From: Andalucia godoyi And28 | Taxonomy: Eukaryota; Protista; Jakobida | Direction of reading: 5' to 3' | Assembly (NCBI GenBank): GCA_009859145.1 | Contig: VRVR01000005.1 | Coordinates: 13,917-77,916 of the forward strand | Length of the DNA: 64,000 nt | Part shown: positions 11,548-22,586 of the stretch, piece by piece | Layout of the letters: the number at the start of each line of letters is the position of its first letter | Numbering within the stretch: the first letter of the stretch is position 1 | Translations under genes and position numbers: made by a program | Notes under the pieces: model-generated | The model's input: the letters and a program-made list of their open reading frames with translations, nothing else | What the model was told of the DNA's origin: nothing | Databases searched by the model: none

Positions 11548-12750
11548 ATGTCGAGGTCTTCACGCTCTCAAAAGATAGGTGCCAGTCTGCATGCCCGAGG
11601 CCCAAAGAAACCCAGCGTGTCTTCTGCTGACGATCCTCTTGCGTCGCCAACCTTGTCACCACCGACATCAACACCGTCGTCATCGTCGTCACTGCCACCA
11701 GTGTCTCGTGTCGTCTTGGACCACTGTCCGATCTGCTCGGGAGAATTCAAACTCGATGAGCTGCCGAGCGTTCCGTGTGTAAAGCGCGCTTTTCCATGGT
11801 CACCCGTCTGCGATCTCGAGTCGGGGGCACTTCTGCTTTCCGCGTCGATGGACCAGTTCTCCGACCATGACAAGTTCCATGCAATATCCGTGATGAGTGC
11901 GGACTCGGCGGCAAGAATCGAGGCTCTTCAATCGCTATTTCCGAACCATCCGCAGCTCGTTGCCTCGTCGTCTTCGAGAAATGTCTTCGAGTTTTGTGCA
12001 GACACCACGGGTCTGTATCATCAGTTTGTGTTTCGTCTCCCGTCGTTTTTTGGAGATCTGTCGAAAGCAAGGATGCGGACGTGTGAAGTAGCATTGCTGT
12101 CGCTGTACGCGTCGCACATATTCGTGTATTCGACCAGACACTGCGTCCAAGGTTCCGATATCCACTATTTGCAAACACTCTTGGCATGCATGGAAGAGTG
12201 TGTCCGGGCTTCCTCACTTCCGGCATCTCGTCCCTTTTTCACCGTGCGCTCGGGACCCGGATACATTGGAGACTGGATCATGAAGTCAGGAATGCCTGCT
12301 GTCACCGGTATGCTCCATGCGTCGCAGCGAGCTGCACAACATCCTCCGTATTTTGCATCGCCTTCGAAACCAGATTTTGGCTTCAACGCGAGCTCTGCTC
12401 CTTTGCTGCCAGACTCAATTGTCAACACGCTGTCAATCGTGCTGCATATCCATGAATGCACAATGAGTCCTCCGCGCGACTGGGATGCGCTGGAACGCAG
12501 CATCGCAGACAGTTTGATGTCTGTTCTATGCCCTGGATTCTTGAACATTGAAGTCCACCTTGTTGCAGCTCCAGTGGATTCGTTGAGCGATGCTGTTGCG
12601 TCCATCAAACGGCGCCTCGATCTGCCAGTTGTCCCAAAGTTTCACTGTTCCGAGCGCGAGTGGATACGACAGTGTGTGCGAATCTGGGAGACGAATCAGC
12701 AGAACGGCAAGTTCTTACGGGACAGTCTCGATCAGGAACGTTTTATTTGA
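11548..12750 (+). CDS. Divergent SMG9-like protein (400 aa) with a degenerate P-loop
   Basis: C-terminal SEREWIRQCVRIWE resembles the SMG9 TEKNWFHYAARIWD motif; ALLSLYASHIFV resembles AAFLFTVCHVVI; FHAISVMS sits where SMG9 has VLVVGVLG(xxGxGKS). Recognised by eye only. Confidence 0.5.
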   Translation: MSRSSRSQKIGASLHARGPKKPSVSSADDPLASPTLSPPTSTPSSSSSLPPVSRVVLDHCPICSGEFKLDELPSVPCVKRAFPWSPVCDLESGALLLSASMDQFSDHDKFHAISVMSADSAARIEALQSLFPNHPQLVASSSSRNVFEFCADTTGLYHQFVFRLPSFFGDLSKARMRTCEVALLSLYASHIFVYSTRHCVQGSDIHYLQTLLACMEECVRASSLPASRPFFTVRSGPGYIGDWIMKSGMPAVTGMLHASQRAAQHPPYFASPSKPDFGFNASSAPLLPDSIVNTLSIVLHIHECTMSPPRDWDALERSIADSLMSVLCPGFLNIEVHLVAAPVDSLSDAVASIKRRLDLPVVPKFHCSEREWIRQCVRIWETNQQNGKFLRDSLDQERFI

Positions 12751-12943
12751 CACCGTATGAATAAACAGAAGACCGGATTGGGTTCTTCTCTCCTTTTCAT
12801 TTCTTTTCCTTTCTTCTCTTTGTTTGGATTTCAGCCGTTTTATTGATTCGTCATCAAGAGACAACAGAGGAACACGTACACACACAAACACACACAATAC
12901 ATGCAGCAAACGCTCCATACTTCCCATTGCTACAGATGCACGG

Positions 12944-13801
12944 CTATTGGGACTGTGAGGAGCCACCGGTATTCGGCAAGCTCATGAGGACATTTCCAGA
13001 GGAAGGAATGTACACGACGTTCCGGGACGTGGAGAGTGCTTCCGCAATATCCTTTGCAGCCTCGATCTTTCTGAGATCGATGATGCCGGATCCGCTCTTG
13101 AGTGCGTCGTTGATGAGCTTTGCAGCTTCTGATTCTCCTTCCGCGCGAATAACGGCTGCCTTCTTCTCCTGCTCAGCCTTGAGCACAAAGAATCGCGATC
13201 GCTCGGCATCCTGCTGGGCAACCTGTTTGTTTTCAACTGCCTGCGTGAACTCTCTTCCAAAGTTCAAATGCGTAATAGAAATATCATCCAGAACAAGATC
13301 AAACTCTGCAGCGCGCTTCGACAGCAAATCTGCAATGCTCTTGCTGACAAACTCTCTCCGTGTGATCAGTTCTTCTGCATTGTACTGCGCAACCACCGCT
13401 TTGAGAATTTCATTTCCGATCGAAACAAACACACGCTCATCATAGTCCTTTCCAAGTTTTTGGTAAATGGAAGGAAGCGCCTCCACACGCGGCCGGAACA
13501 GCACTCGCAGCGTAATATTCACCATCTGGAGGTCTTTCGAGCCGGTGGTCGTCGAGATGGAGCGAGGACGGGTCCGAATGTCGAAAATAAAGGGCTGCTC
13601 AACCCAGGGCACGCGGAAATGCATGCCTTCGCCAATGACATTTCCCTGGATTCCTCCGCGCAACCGATTGAATATGATGGCTCGTTCGCCTCCGTCCACT
13701 GTGTACAAACACGATTGCGCAACCGAAACAAGCGCGGCACCTCCAAACGCAAGAGACGCGAGTCCCCCGAATGCAGACTCGATCTGACGACCACGGTGCA
13801 T
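12944..13801 (-). CDS. PHB1: Prohibitin 1-type SPFH protein, 285 aa
   Basis: [57 protein letters not shown]. Confidence 0.93.
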   Translation of the reverse strand: MHRGRQIESAFGGLASLAFGGAALVSVAQSCLYTVDGGERAIIFNRLRGGIQGNVIGEGMHFRVPWVEQPFIFDIRTRPRSISTTTGSKDLQMVNITLRVLFRPRVEALPSIYQKLGKDYDERVFVSIGNEILKAVVAQYNAEELITRREFVSKSIADLLSKRAAEFDLVLDDISITHLNFGREFTQAVENKQVAQQDAERSRFFVLKAEQEKKAAVIRAEGESEAAKLINDALKSGSGIIDLRKIEAAKDIAEALSTSRNVVYIPSSGNVLMSLPNTGGSSQSQ

Positions 13802-14323
13802 TTTTATTTTTTTTTTAAATTACTTGCTTATTGGTATCAAATTAACTTTAAAAAAATTGCTTGCTGTGTGACACCTTCAAAAGACCAAGAAAACACCTAA
13901 AAGATGGAAAGGAAACAAAACAGGAAAAACGAAACGTAAAATAGACTTTTTGAATAATGAAGAAGGGTGCTTCCACAAGGGCGCTTCCATAAAATTCAAT
14001 TCAGATATTCCAGCAATTCCTCAAATCGGTCTTTCTTTTTCTCCTTTCCGTTTCTCTCGTTTCCTTTTCCTTTTTGCCTGTTATCCGCTGTCTCTCGTCC
14101 CTTGGATTTTGTTTGGTGAACCCATTCCCTTTTTCCTTTTTCCCTTTCTCCCGTTTCACCTTGGACTTCGTTGTGTCAAATAAAATATTGCATAAAACAC
14201 TGCTGCGTTCGTATTTTTGATGTTTCACCGTGTTTATTTGGCACCACATCCTCCTCACACTTCGCCACACGTTGTCGGTTTGTCTGTTCCGTCGGTTTCA
14301 TACTTGCACGTTTTCGGAACCCG

Positions 14324-15300
14324 ATGGTGCAGGTGGTGAAAGCTGCGCTCCGAGAGCGGCTGCGCCATCCCGATCTGCACGATTGCCCTCCTGAGTTGGG
14401 TGAGCGATTTGTCGTTCATCACGTGGCGCGGCGCACTCCTGCTAAACCACTACCTCGCCCTTGTGTTGGAGAATGACCTGTCCTTTCCCGATTTCAAGGA
14501 TTCGTTCTTGCTGAATGCATTTACGTTTCCGGATGGCCGCATCATTGCTACTTCTTCCGAGTCCGTCCTTGCACTCACCGCCTTTGCGGAGGAGCATTGG
14601 GACGACTATCCGCGGCTGCAGGGAGTCGGGTACAGAGGGGGGAGTACTGCCAAGCGTTGCGGTATCTCGCGAGGGAGTGCCAAGCCAACATGGCGAACGG
14701 CTTCAAGCTCGGTCTTGAGGCGAAGCTGCGTCGCCATGTCTTCGCATCCATTCCCGCAGACCGCGTGCGGCTGACGACGAGATGGTCCCCAGAGAACCCA
14801 ACCACAGGAGAAGGCGCGGGGGCGCGAGGATCCGCAGCAGCCGCGTCAGGTGCCGGCGGGCATGACGCTTGTCGGGATCGACCCAGGGCGCGCAAACATC
14901 TTGACCGCGTTCGACGGGACTTCTCTTTATTTTAATTATTTTTTATTTTTTTGTTTAACGGCTGCACTGGGAGTGGATGTGTCGCAGAGAGAGATCGGGA
15001 CAGTCCTGGTGGCCCACCAAGACAGAAACTCTGTCGGTTCGGCATCGAGCTCACAGAATGGATCTTTGCACAGGAGTTCAGGGAACCGCCAGGTCAGGTC
15101 GCGATCGTCACGAAAGAGTATACTTCCAAGACATGCAGACTGCGTGGTGGCATGATTTCACCCGTCACTTCGGTGAAAACAAGACCTGTTTTCGCGTGTC
15201 CGCGGTGCATGCTTGTTGCATGACGGATCCATCGGTCGTGACTAAGGAACGGCGGTGCACGTATCATTCATCTTGCGAACGAGGAAGTCCGCGTTGAGGC
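14324..15300 (+). pseudogene. Degenerate Fanzor/TnpB-family RNA-guided nuclease gene (frameshifts, internal deletion)
   Basis: Reading across frames: MVQVVKAALRERL..ALLSWVSDLSFITWRGALLLNHYL; QALRYLARECQANMANG; RuvC-I VGIDPGRANILT (14871-14906); RuvC-II/Zn VAIVTKEYTSKTC (about 15098-15136); FACPRC; remnant RuvC-III RD..NGGARII (about 15236-15268). Confidence 0.85.
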
Positions 15301-15351
15301 CCGTCGAGAGTCTGCCGTAGTGCAGAAACTGAAACATTTTACGTGCATCGA

Positions 15352-16290
15352 CTATGGACAAAGACTGGACAGAACGCCTTGGAGTCTTCTGCCGATGTCC
15401 TTTGCCGGGCTTTGAGGACCTCCGATATCACACAGGTCGTCTGCAAGATAACCGATCTGTGTTCGAATCGCATCGGACGCACAAACAAGTTCCGAAGACT
15501 GTGCAATGTGATACAGAATCCGCTTTGCAACGTCGATGAAGTAGTCTGGATGCTCCGCCATCACCGAGTCGTGAAGATAATTTCTCATGAGTGCCTGATG
15601 GTACAAATTGCACGAGTTTGCAACCCGATTCGCATGATTGGGAGTGTGTGGAGACTCTGCGAGTGCTGCAACCACAATATCAAACACTGCATCCAAAAGA
15701 TCCAATTCTTTTTTCGAATCAAATGTTGTTTTTGGCGCTGCAGACGCGTCGGGAGGGCCTACATCCAGGTGAAATCGACTCAGGAGCGTCCGAAAGAGCG
15801 GCAAATCGCCTTTCGAAGACGCATGGTGATGATGACCAGCATGATGGGGATGATGTAAGTGATCATGACTACCGGGAGCGCTGTGCAGATGGGGGTCGCA
15901 ATTCGCATCACCGTTCATGGCCGGAGCAGTATCGGGCAGAGGAACCGGACGCATAGCAGGTGCAACAGAGGGAGGCGGAGAACGGCTTGGAAAAACAGTA
16001 AGGACATGAGACATATCGATGTCTTGGAAAAACGCTGCCGTCTGGTCGTCGGCTTGGACCAGTTTCTTGCGCGAAGAATCGAAGACCCATACTGACCGCC
16101 GCGGCTCCGCAAACACTTCGCATTCACACAGTATCCATTCTGATCCTTCCTCAATAACAACGGTGTGACGCCCGACAGGAACACCCGAAAAGCCCCTCCA
16201 CCCGCCTTGTGTCGCAAATTTGTATCCGTCAATCTCAACTCCCTGCTTCGGCATGTCACGCAACACCAGGTCGTGTCGATGAGTCGTCAT
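15352..16290 (-). CDS. AAR2-N-domain-like protein, apparently of the bacterial type, with a His-rich linker (312 aa)
   Basis: LVLRDMPKQGVEIDGYKFATQGGWRGFSGVPVGRHTV resembles the AAR2 N-terminal beta domain; helical C-terminal part ending GYLADDLCDIG. Confidence 0.55.
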   Translation of the reverse strand: MTTHRHDLVLRDMPKQGVEIDGYKFATQGGWRGFSGVPVGRHTVVIEEGSEWILCECEVFAEPRRSVWVFDSSRKKLVQADDQTAAFFQDIDMSHVLTVFPSRSPPPSVAPAMRPVPLPDTAPAMNGDANCDPHLHSAPGSHDHLHHPHHAGHHHHASSKGDLPLFRTLLSRFHLDVGPPDASAAPKTTFDSKKELDLLDAVFDIVVAALAESPHTPNHANRVANSCNLYHQALMRNYLHDSVMAEHPDYFIDVAKRILYHIAQSSELVCASDAIRTQIGYLADDLCDIGGPQSPAKDIGRRLQGVLSSLCP

Positions 16291-16675
16291 TTATGTCAAT
16301 CCGCAGTGTTTTTTTAAGAATTTTTTTTCTTCTTCCAAATCCCCCACGTCACGAGAACCACGCAACACCAGCTATGTAACTACCGCCCTTACAACAACGA
16401 CGATACTAAATAATGATTCTATTGCGGGGGGAGGGGGAAAAAAACAACAGATGCCTGAAAGTACTCCATCACTGTATGAGGCAAAACACATTTCTCGAAA
16501 ACGAAACGTCTGCGGAAACCGCCTTGGAATTGGCCCCGTCGGGGATTTCTCAAGGTCGAGTTTTGGGTCCAGCAAAAAACCAGATGTCTAAAAGGATAAA
16601 TGGACAAGGGAAAGACAGAACGAGATTAGAGGGGAAAAAAGTAACGAGAAAAAGAGGCGAAGGAGACGGAGGATC

Positions 16676-17257
16676 ATGAGAAAACGTTTGCTAAGAAGCA
16701 ATACGGGACCAAAGTTCGTATTGGCTGTGGTGCTTGGTCTTATGGTTCTCGCGTTACTGACGTGGCAAGCGGACTCGGCTTCGGACGGGGCTGAGGCAGA
16801 TGATGATCGTTCTGCTGCTGGGAAAGAGGCTGCACGAAATGCGAGGCGCGCAAAGTACGTCGAGGGAGGCAAGGTGGCTGCAGTTGCGACGGCTCATGGG
16901 GGCGATGAAACGCTGGTGTACAAGAAAGTCCATATTTCCAAAGGAGAAGTGCCGCACGTGATGCAAGTCGCTCGGGCGGTAGTAGCACCGTTGGCATCCG
17001 TCGATCCGCACAAGCATGAGACGGAAACCGAGATATTCCATCTCATTCGCGGTAAGGTATCCATCACTGTTGGAGACTCGGAAAAGCGAGAAAAGACCAA
17101 AGTCTATTCCATGAAGGCTGGCGATACACTGTCGATATTTCCCAATGCTGTGCACGCTCTGGAAAATCCGTCTTCCGAGGACGACGCAGAGTTCCTCGTC
17201 ACAATGATCGATTCATCGGTGTCGCAATCTGGTGACGCTCTTCCGGTTGCGTCATGA
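16676..17257 (+). CDS. Cupin-domain protein with an N-terminal signal anchor (193 aa)
   Basis: Hydrophobic FVLAVVLGLMVLALLTW; cupin motif 1 PHKHETETEIFHLIRG and motif 2 GDTLSIFPNAVHALEN. Confidence 0.85.
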   Translation: MRKRLLRSNTGPKFVLAVVLGLMVLALLTWQADSASDGAEADDDRSAAGKEAARNARRAKYVEGGKVAAVATAHGGDETLVYKKVHISKGEVPHVMQVARAVVAPLASVDPHKHETETEIFHLIRGKVSITVGDSEKREKTKVYSMKAGDTLSIFPNAVHALENPSSEDDAEFLVTMIDSSVSQSGDALPVAS

Positions 17258-17466
17258 TCCAGTTTTCTTAGGACTTTGTTTTTACTTTGTTCGTATGTAT
17301 TTTTGCTTCTAGAATTTATGAAATCGAAAAAAAAACAAAAAAAAACCGCCCACTTTCCCCTTTTTTTCCTAGTCGCGGCACTGTTTGGAAAACATATGTG
17401 ACGAATAATTATTGTTTTAAAAAAGACATTCGTATGGATAGTGAACAAAAGCGTGCCATACGGCTC

Positions 17467-18816
17467 CTACCTTCTCAGGGAATCAATATTGATAGAGCGG
17501 TTTGCAAAGATGAACAAAATGTGAGCCAAGACCAAGAAGGCGAACACGAGGATGACAAACACAAGCGGAGTGCCCACAAGACCAAGTGCCATTCCAATGC
17601 CCATAGAGACAGACTGCATGAACTTCAATCCTGCAAACGCTGCAGACGTTTCGTTTTGCTTGTCAGAATCCGTGGCGGTATCCGCTTTGAGCGTTCTACC
17701 GGATCCATCATAAATCGCAGACAAGATTGCAGAGATTTGCGTGTTGAAGCCCGAGTCTCCGAGACCCATGAAGATCGCGGCGAAAAAGTAGGATGCGGGA
17801 GCCCAACTGCCAATCGTGAGGACAAAGACGAGTGCAATCATCCAAAACACAGAAGCAATGTACAGACACTTCCTCGTTCCGATTGATGCATTGTCCGACA
17901 TTTTCCCGTACGCCACCGATCCCAGAGCCTCGGCGGCTCCCAGAGTGGCCATCACCCACCCAATCCACGACTTTCCCATAATCGGCGGGAAACGGCCAAA
18001 CATGAATCCTTGCGAGAAGCCCGAGAACAGAAACAGCCCAGAGAGCTGCAAGAAGAGCTTCGTTCGCAGCAGCGAGAACACGGAGAGGAGCAAAAGCTTG
18101 ATAGACGGTTTTTCGAGATCCTTTGCATTTGCATCTGCAAACACACCGACACGCTTTGGCTGCCGGAAGAATGCCATGAAAAAGACTCCGACACCGGCCA
18201 TGATGAAGAGAATCGTGAAGACAACCGAAGGCGACTGTCCAGACTCTAGCAGTGATGCGGCGAGCACGTTTCCGATGATTGCATTGCATTGGAAAAACGC
18301 CCAAAAGATTCCCGAATGCGTACCGACATTTGCCGCAGTAGAATTAAGCGTAATGAAGTGCCCCTGTCCCGTCCACAGAATGGACGCGCCAAAACCGATG
18401 AGAACCGATGCGGGGATCAGTATCCGCGCATCAGGCTGAATAGACGCGCCGACATACAATGCATATGTCACGCCGCCAAGAATGATAGACAGACGTGATC
18501 CAAGACGAGATTCCACTGCTGGTGCAATGAACACGCAGAGAGAGAACACCCCGTAAAGAACTGACAGAGAAATGAAACCCAACGACGCATTCAGCGTGGT
18601 CATGTACGATTGCGTCGTATTGAATGCAGAAAAGAGAATCATGAAAGAAAACCCAAGAAGCAAAACATTGAATCGAGGAACTGGGAACGGTCCACACGTG
18701 TCCGCACTGTCTGTGTCTTGTGCAGCCACCATCGACTTCGTTCCACCGCTCTTCTTCTGAAGCAAATCAGACGCTTCTGACGGCCGAGACCCATATTCAT
18801 GATCAAGATCCGCCAT
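17467..18816 (-). CDS. UNC93-like/MFSD11-type MFS membrane protein (449 aa from ATG 18816)
   Basis: LLLGFSFMILFSAFNTTQ, GFISLSVLYGVF, GFGASILWTGQG, GIFWAFFQ; about 11-12 hydrophobic segments. Confidence 0.88.
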   Translation of the reverse strand: MADLDHEYGSRPSEASDLLQKKSGGTKSMVAAQDTDSADTCGPFPVPRFNVLLLGFSFMILFSAFNTTQSYMTTLNASLGFISLSVLYGVFSLCVFIAPAVESRLGSRLSIILGGVTYALYVGASIQPDARILIPASVLIGFGASILWTGQGHFITLNSTAANVGTHSGIFWAFFQCNAIIGNVLAASLLESGQSPSVVFTILFIMAGVGVFFMAFFRQPKRVGVFADANAKDLEKPSIKLLLLSVFSLLRTKLFLQLSGLFLFSGFSQGFMFGRFPPIMGKSWIGWVMATLGAAEALGSVAYGKMSDNASIGTRKCLYIASVFWMIALVFVLTIGSWAPASYFFAAIFMGLGDSGFNTQISAILSAIYDGSGRTLKADTATDSDKQNETSAAFAGLKFMQSVSMGIGMALGLVGTPLVFVILVFAFLVLAHILFIFANRSINIDSLRR

Positions 18817-19004
18817 TCTATTTTCCAGTTCCAGGTTTGCTTCTCTGATCTTTTTTTTTTCTACCACCGTTCTCTGCCCCTCTGTGTTTTGCTTCTTGTT
18901 CTTGTTTCAAGTGAAACTACCTCGAGTACTTGACAGGTTGACAGAAAGTCGCAAAAGTCGAACTCGCTAACGAACAGAGCGAGAACGAAAGAGCAACAGT
19001 GTTT

Positions 19005-19037
<33 letters not shown>

Positions 19038-19293
19038 GAGAAGGGGAGAGAGACACACAGGCAGAAAGCACCGACTCCTTGCAGTTTCCGCAGTCCGCTT
19101 TTTCCCGTCTTTTTTTTTCTTTTGTTTCTTGCATCAATGGATGCTGCGTACCGTGTCTTCAGTGTTTCGCGTTGGAAATATGTGTTTGCGTGCTTGTGCT
19201 GTGTGTCGTTGACTCGTTGCAGGCTGCACACTTTACACATTTCATACACTAATGTAAGAGATCACTGCAAAAGAGAGAGAGAGAGAGAGAGAA

Positions 19294-20838
19294 ATGTCAA
19301 AGTCTTCAAGTGGCGAACGATTGCCATTGATCCAAGGGTCGTTGAACAGCGATTCGACGCCGACAGATCTTGCAGATCTTCCCACGTCTGGCTGTTTCCA
19401 TCCGAAGAAACAGATCTACAAGTACACATTTTTGTCGCTGGCATGCTTGCTTACGTTTGGTTCATACTTTTGCTACGACAATCCCGCTGCATTGATGACG
19501 TACATCCAGGATGACTTGGACGTTAACTCTCTGGAGTTCCAGACGCTGTATGCAGTGTATTCGTTTCCAAACACCGTGCTGACTATTTTTGGAGGGTTCA
19601 TCATGGACAAGTATCTTGGGATCAAGCTAGGAGCCATCATTTTTGCGGTTCTCATCTTCCTCGGTCAGTGCGTGTTTGCCCTTGGCGCAACGATCAGGAC
19701 CTTTTGGGTCATGGTGCTTGGGCGCTTCATCTTTGGCCTCGGAGGTGAGACACTGGGCGTTGCACAGAACACATATGTCGCAAAAGTGTTCATCGGTGAC
19801 CGAATGGCACTCGCCTTTGGTATTGCCCTGTCAGTCTCTCGTGTCGGGTCTGCAGTGAACATGGCTGTCGAGCCCCTTATTGCCGAAAAGTACAATCTGG
19901 CGATCGCCCTGTGGGTCGGCGCCGCAATATGCTTCCTGTCCACTATCATCTCCATTTGCGCTGCGTTCCTGTTCAAATGGGGAGAGAAGCGAAACAAGAG
20001 CATGAGAATCAAACCGGAAGAGCAGGATAATCTGTCGCTCAAGGACGTTCGCTACTTCCCCCTCGAATTTTGGCTTCTTTCGCTTGTCTGCGTCTGCTTC
20101 TACTCGGCCGTCTTTCCGTTTATATCCCTCGCCATGGGATTCCTCACCGATCGCTACGGATACTCTGCCTCGGACGCAGGATTCATCTGCGGGCTTCCCT
20201 ACACAGTTTCCGCAGCTGCTTCGCCGTTTTTCGGCTTCACAGTCGATCGTTTCGGGAAAAATCCATACTTTTGCTTGCTGGCATGTTTGTCGCTCGCAGG
20301 TATCTACTTTGCATTCTTTTCCGCGTCTGTGTCGGCGATTGCACTGTTTGTGTGTCTTGGAGTCGTGTATTCGCTGCTTGCAGCATCGCTGTGGCCGGTT
20401 GTTACCAAGTGCATCAAGCCAGAGCACCAATCCACTGCGTATGGTGTAATGACTGCGTTCCAGAACACAGGACTTTGCATTTTTGCACTCTCCTCAGGTG
20501 CTCTTGCAGACAGTCTAGGATTCGATGCCGTGCTCATCTTATTCATCGGCCTGCTTGGCCTGGCCAGCCTGCTTTGCGTTTGGCTGATCATCATCGATAT
20601 TCGCAAGGGAGGGCATCTATCAAGATCGGCGGGCGAGTTGGCAGCCATTGTCGCAAAAGCAGAAAAGGCAAAAGAAGACGCAGAGGCAGCGGCAGAGGCA
20701 GATCATGAAAATTTGTTTGTACCTGCCAAGCCCACGGCGCTCACAGCTCCAACGCCTTCTCAGCATCCGACCTTGGTCAGACGATCGCAGAACGAACTGC
20801 GAGCTGCGTACTTGCAAAGGATTGGCATTCGTCACTGA
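19294..20838 (+). CDS. MFSD1: MFSD1-like lysosomal MFS transporter, 514 aa
   Basis: LTFGSYFCYDNPAAL, LYAVYSFPNTVL, GRFIFGLGGE, AYGVMTAFQNTGL; N-terminal ExxPLI-like sorting motif (ERLPLI). Confidence 0.9.
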   Translation: MSKSSSGERLPLIQGSLNSDSTPTDLADLPTSGCFHPKKQIYKYTFLSLACLLTFGSYFCYDNPAALMTYIQDDLDVNSLEFQTLYAVYSFPNTVLTIFGGFIMDKYLGIKLGAIIFAVLIFLGQCVFALGATIRTFWVMVLGRFIFGLGGETLGVAQNTYVAKVFIGDRMALAFGIALSVSRVGSAVNMAVEPLIAEKYNLAIALWVGAAICFLSTIISICAAFLFKWGEKRNKSMRIKPEEQDNLSLKDVRYFPLEFWLLSLVCVCFYSAVFPFISLAMGFLTDRYGYSASDAGFICGLPYTVSAAASPFFGFTVDRFGKNPYFCLLACLSLAGIYFAFFSASVSAIALFVCLGVVYSLLAASLWPVVTKCIKPEHQSTAYGVMTAFQNTGLCIFALSSGALADSLGFDAVLILFIGLLGLASLLCVWLIIIDIRKGGHLSRSAGELAAIVAKAEKAKEDAEAAAEADHENLFVPAKPTALTAPTPSQHPTLVRRSQNELRAAYLQRIGIRH

Positions 20839-21057
20839 CCCTTTCTTCTCTTTTTTTATCCTGTTGTGCATCCAGTAGTTCCGGTCTTTCTGTATATGCT
20901 TTTTGATGTGTATTCAGTGCACAGAAACGATGCAGCCATTTAAAGCACGTACAAGTACTGTTATTTATGCTGGAAAGCAATATTCTTAATAATGTTTATT
21001 ATTATTATTTTTTTTATAGTGGAGAAAATGGATGAAATCCGCAGTGTCGCGGATTTC

Positions 21058-21672
21058 TTAAAAGGCAGTCTGGGGACGCTCGGCAATCCACTTTGCAACG
21101 TTGGGACGGTTCTGGACGCGATCTGCCAAAGCCATCAGCTTGTCTGCTCCTTCAATGTTCGAGAAACCCGGAACCACTGCGACAATAGTGCTGATGCTGT
21201 TCATAATTGCAAGGTCTGCGACAGAGAATCCCGATGCCAGGAAATAGTCTCCGCCGGAGAGCAGCTTCACGAGGAAGCCAACATGGAGAGGAAGGAAGTT
21301 GTTCGCGAGTTCTTCGCCGAGAGCCGCCTTGGTCTCGGGGCCAGCAAAGAGCCATGCGTAGATTTTGGCTCCCACATCGGCAAGTTCGTCCAAGAGCTGG
21401 TCAATCTTGAGGCCATCGAGGTTGCACGTGCCATAAAGCTTGCATTCGCGAGCCACGAACCGGGCAATGGCATTCGACTGCGCAAATACCATGCCGTCAA
21501 CCTCGAGAGTCGGCAGCTGTCCAAACGGGCAGCATCCAGATGCCTTCACAGTGGGCCAAGCCGACTGCTCGATGCGATTATCCTCATACGAAACTCCAGC
21601 TTCGGCAAACACCAAGCGCACAAGTTCCGCACGGCCGCGTCCATTGAAGTAGTTGAGCTTGTACTGAGACAT
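21058..21672 (-). CDS. Glutathione S-transferase, sigma-like (204 aa)
   Basis: YKLNYFNGRGRAELVRLVF, PFGQLPTLEVDG, QSNAIARFVA, FSVADLAI. Confidence 0.93.
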   Translation of the reverse strand: MSQYKLNYFNGRGRAELVRLVFAEAGVSYEDNRIEQSAWPTVKASGCCPFGQLPTLEVDGMVFAQSNAIARFVARECKLYGTCNLDGLKIDQLLDELADVGAKIYAWLFAGPETKAALGEELANNFLPLHVGFLVKLLSGGDYFLASGFSVADLAIMNSISTIVAVVPGFSNIEGADKLMALADRVQNRPNVAKWIAERPQTAF

Positions 21673-22020
21673 TTCTTCTTTTTTCACAAAGGTGGTCCTA
21701 AGGGTAGAAAATAGGATGATCTTGCAGCAGAAGAAAAAAAACTTCGCGAAAAGGAAACGAACAAAAACCAACGAATTCTGCACGACGGCGAGAATTCCTG
21801 CAATTTTCAAACTGTCGCAGCTTCGGCTTTATATACACATATTTTTAACGCCGACAACGTGCATAAGCGTACGTACAAAACAGCAAGCAGGCGAAAATGA
21901 GAATCCCCGATTTGTTCGCATCCTATCCAAAGGGTTCGAGGCTGCTTAAGCTGGAATGCTTCAAATTGTGTCAGACGCTGACTTCTGGGGACACTGTTTG
22001 ATTTTTTAATTATTTTTTTT

Positions 22021-22487
22021 CCGTTTTCGACGCGATGCCAATGTACGTGACCCGCTGCCACGCTACGCAAGACGTATGAGCTTTCCGCCGCAACCCCTTT
22101 GACGCTGGGTCACTGCAGGGGCACGTCCATTCCACAGCCGGGTGTCGTGCGAGACGAGAACCAAGTCGCACTCGTAAAATGGGCGCATGATTCAGGATCC
22201 ATCAGCAGATCCGCAGCCTGACGACGGACATGCATCGCAAGCTTGCAGAAATCCATGCGAAGCTTGGGGGAAACACGGTGTTTTGCATGTCCACAGTGTG
22301 CATGCCGGATTGATCGCGATTGGAAATGTTGCGCACAACAATATTTATTTGAAGAACGCCGGCAAGGCGTGTTGGGGCCTACCCCCCTTTCCCGTCCATG
22401 GCGACATTGCTCGGTTGCAGCATTTGACTTCTCGTGACCAGCGATGGTCATGCATACGCAGTGTACAATGTTGGCGACGTTACATCA
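22021..22487 (+). mobile_element. Fanzor2/IS607-TnpB-type relic: C-terminal coding fragment plus conserved 3' non-coding tail
   Basis: Across frameshifts: ALVKWAH-x-FR (22180), RTC, IHAKLGGNTVF-ACPQCACRIDRDW-N-VAHNNIYLK (22251-22354), then a tail homologous to 43593-43700 on the opposite strand. Confidence 0.8.
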
Positions 22488-22552
22488 GCAGAAACAGGCG
22501 AAAGAAATGAAGGAAGCATGGCAATTAGCAAGGCAATTGCACACAACCCCCC

Positions 22553-22586
<34 letters not shown>

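Noticed and set aside
14305-15346. 7-bp inverted repeat TGCACGT/ACGTGCA around the first Fanzor relic
   Set aside because: Too short and near-palindromic to call terminal inverted repeats
21930-21945. GGGTTCGAGGC resembling a tRNA T loop
   Set aside because: No T-stem or cloverleaf
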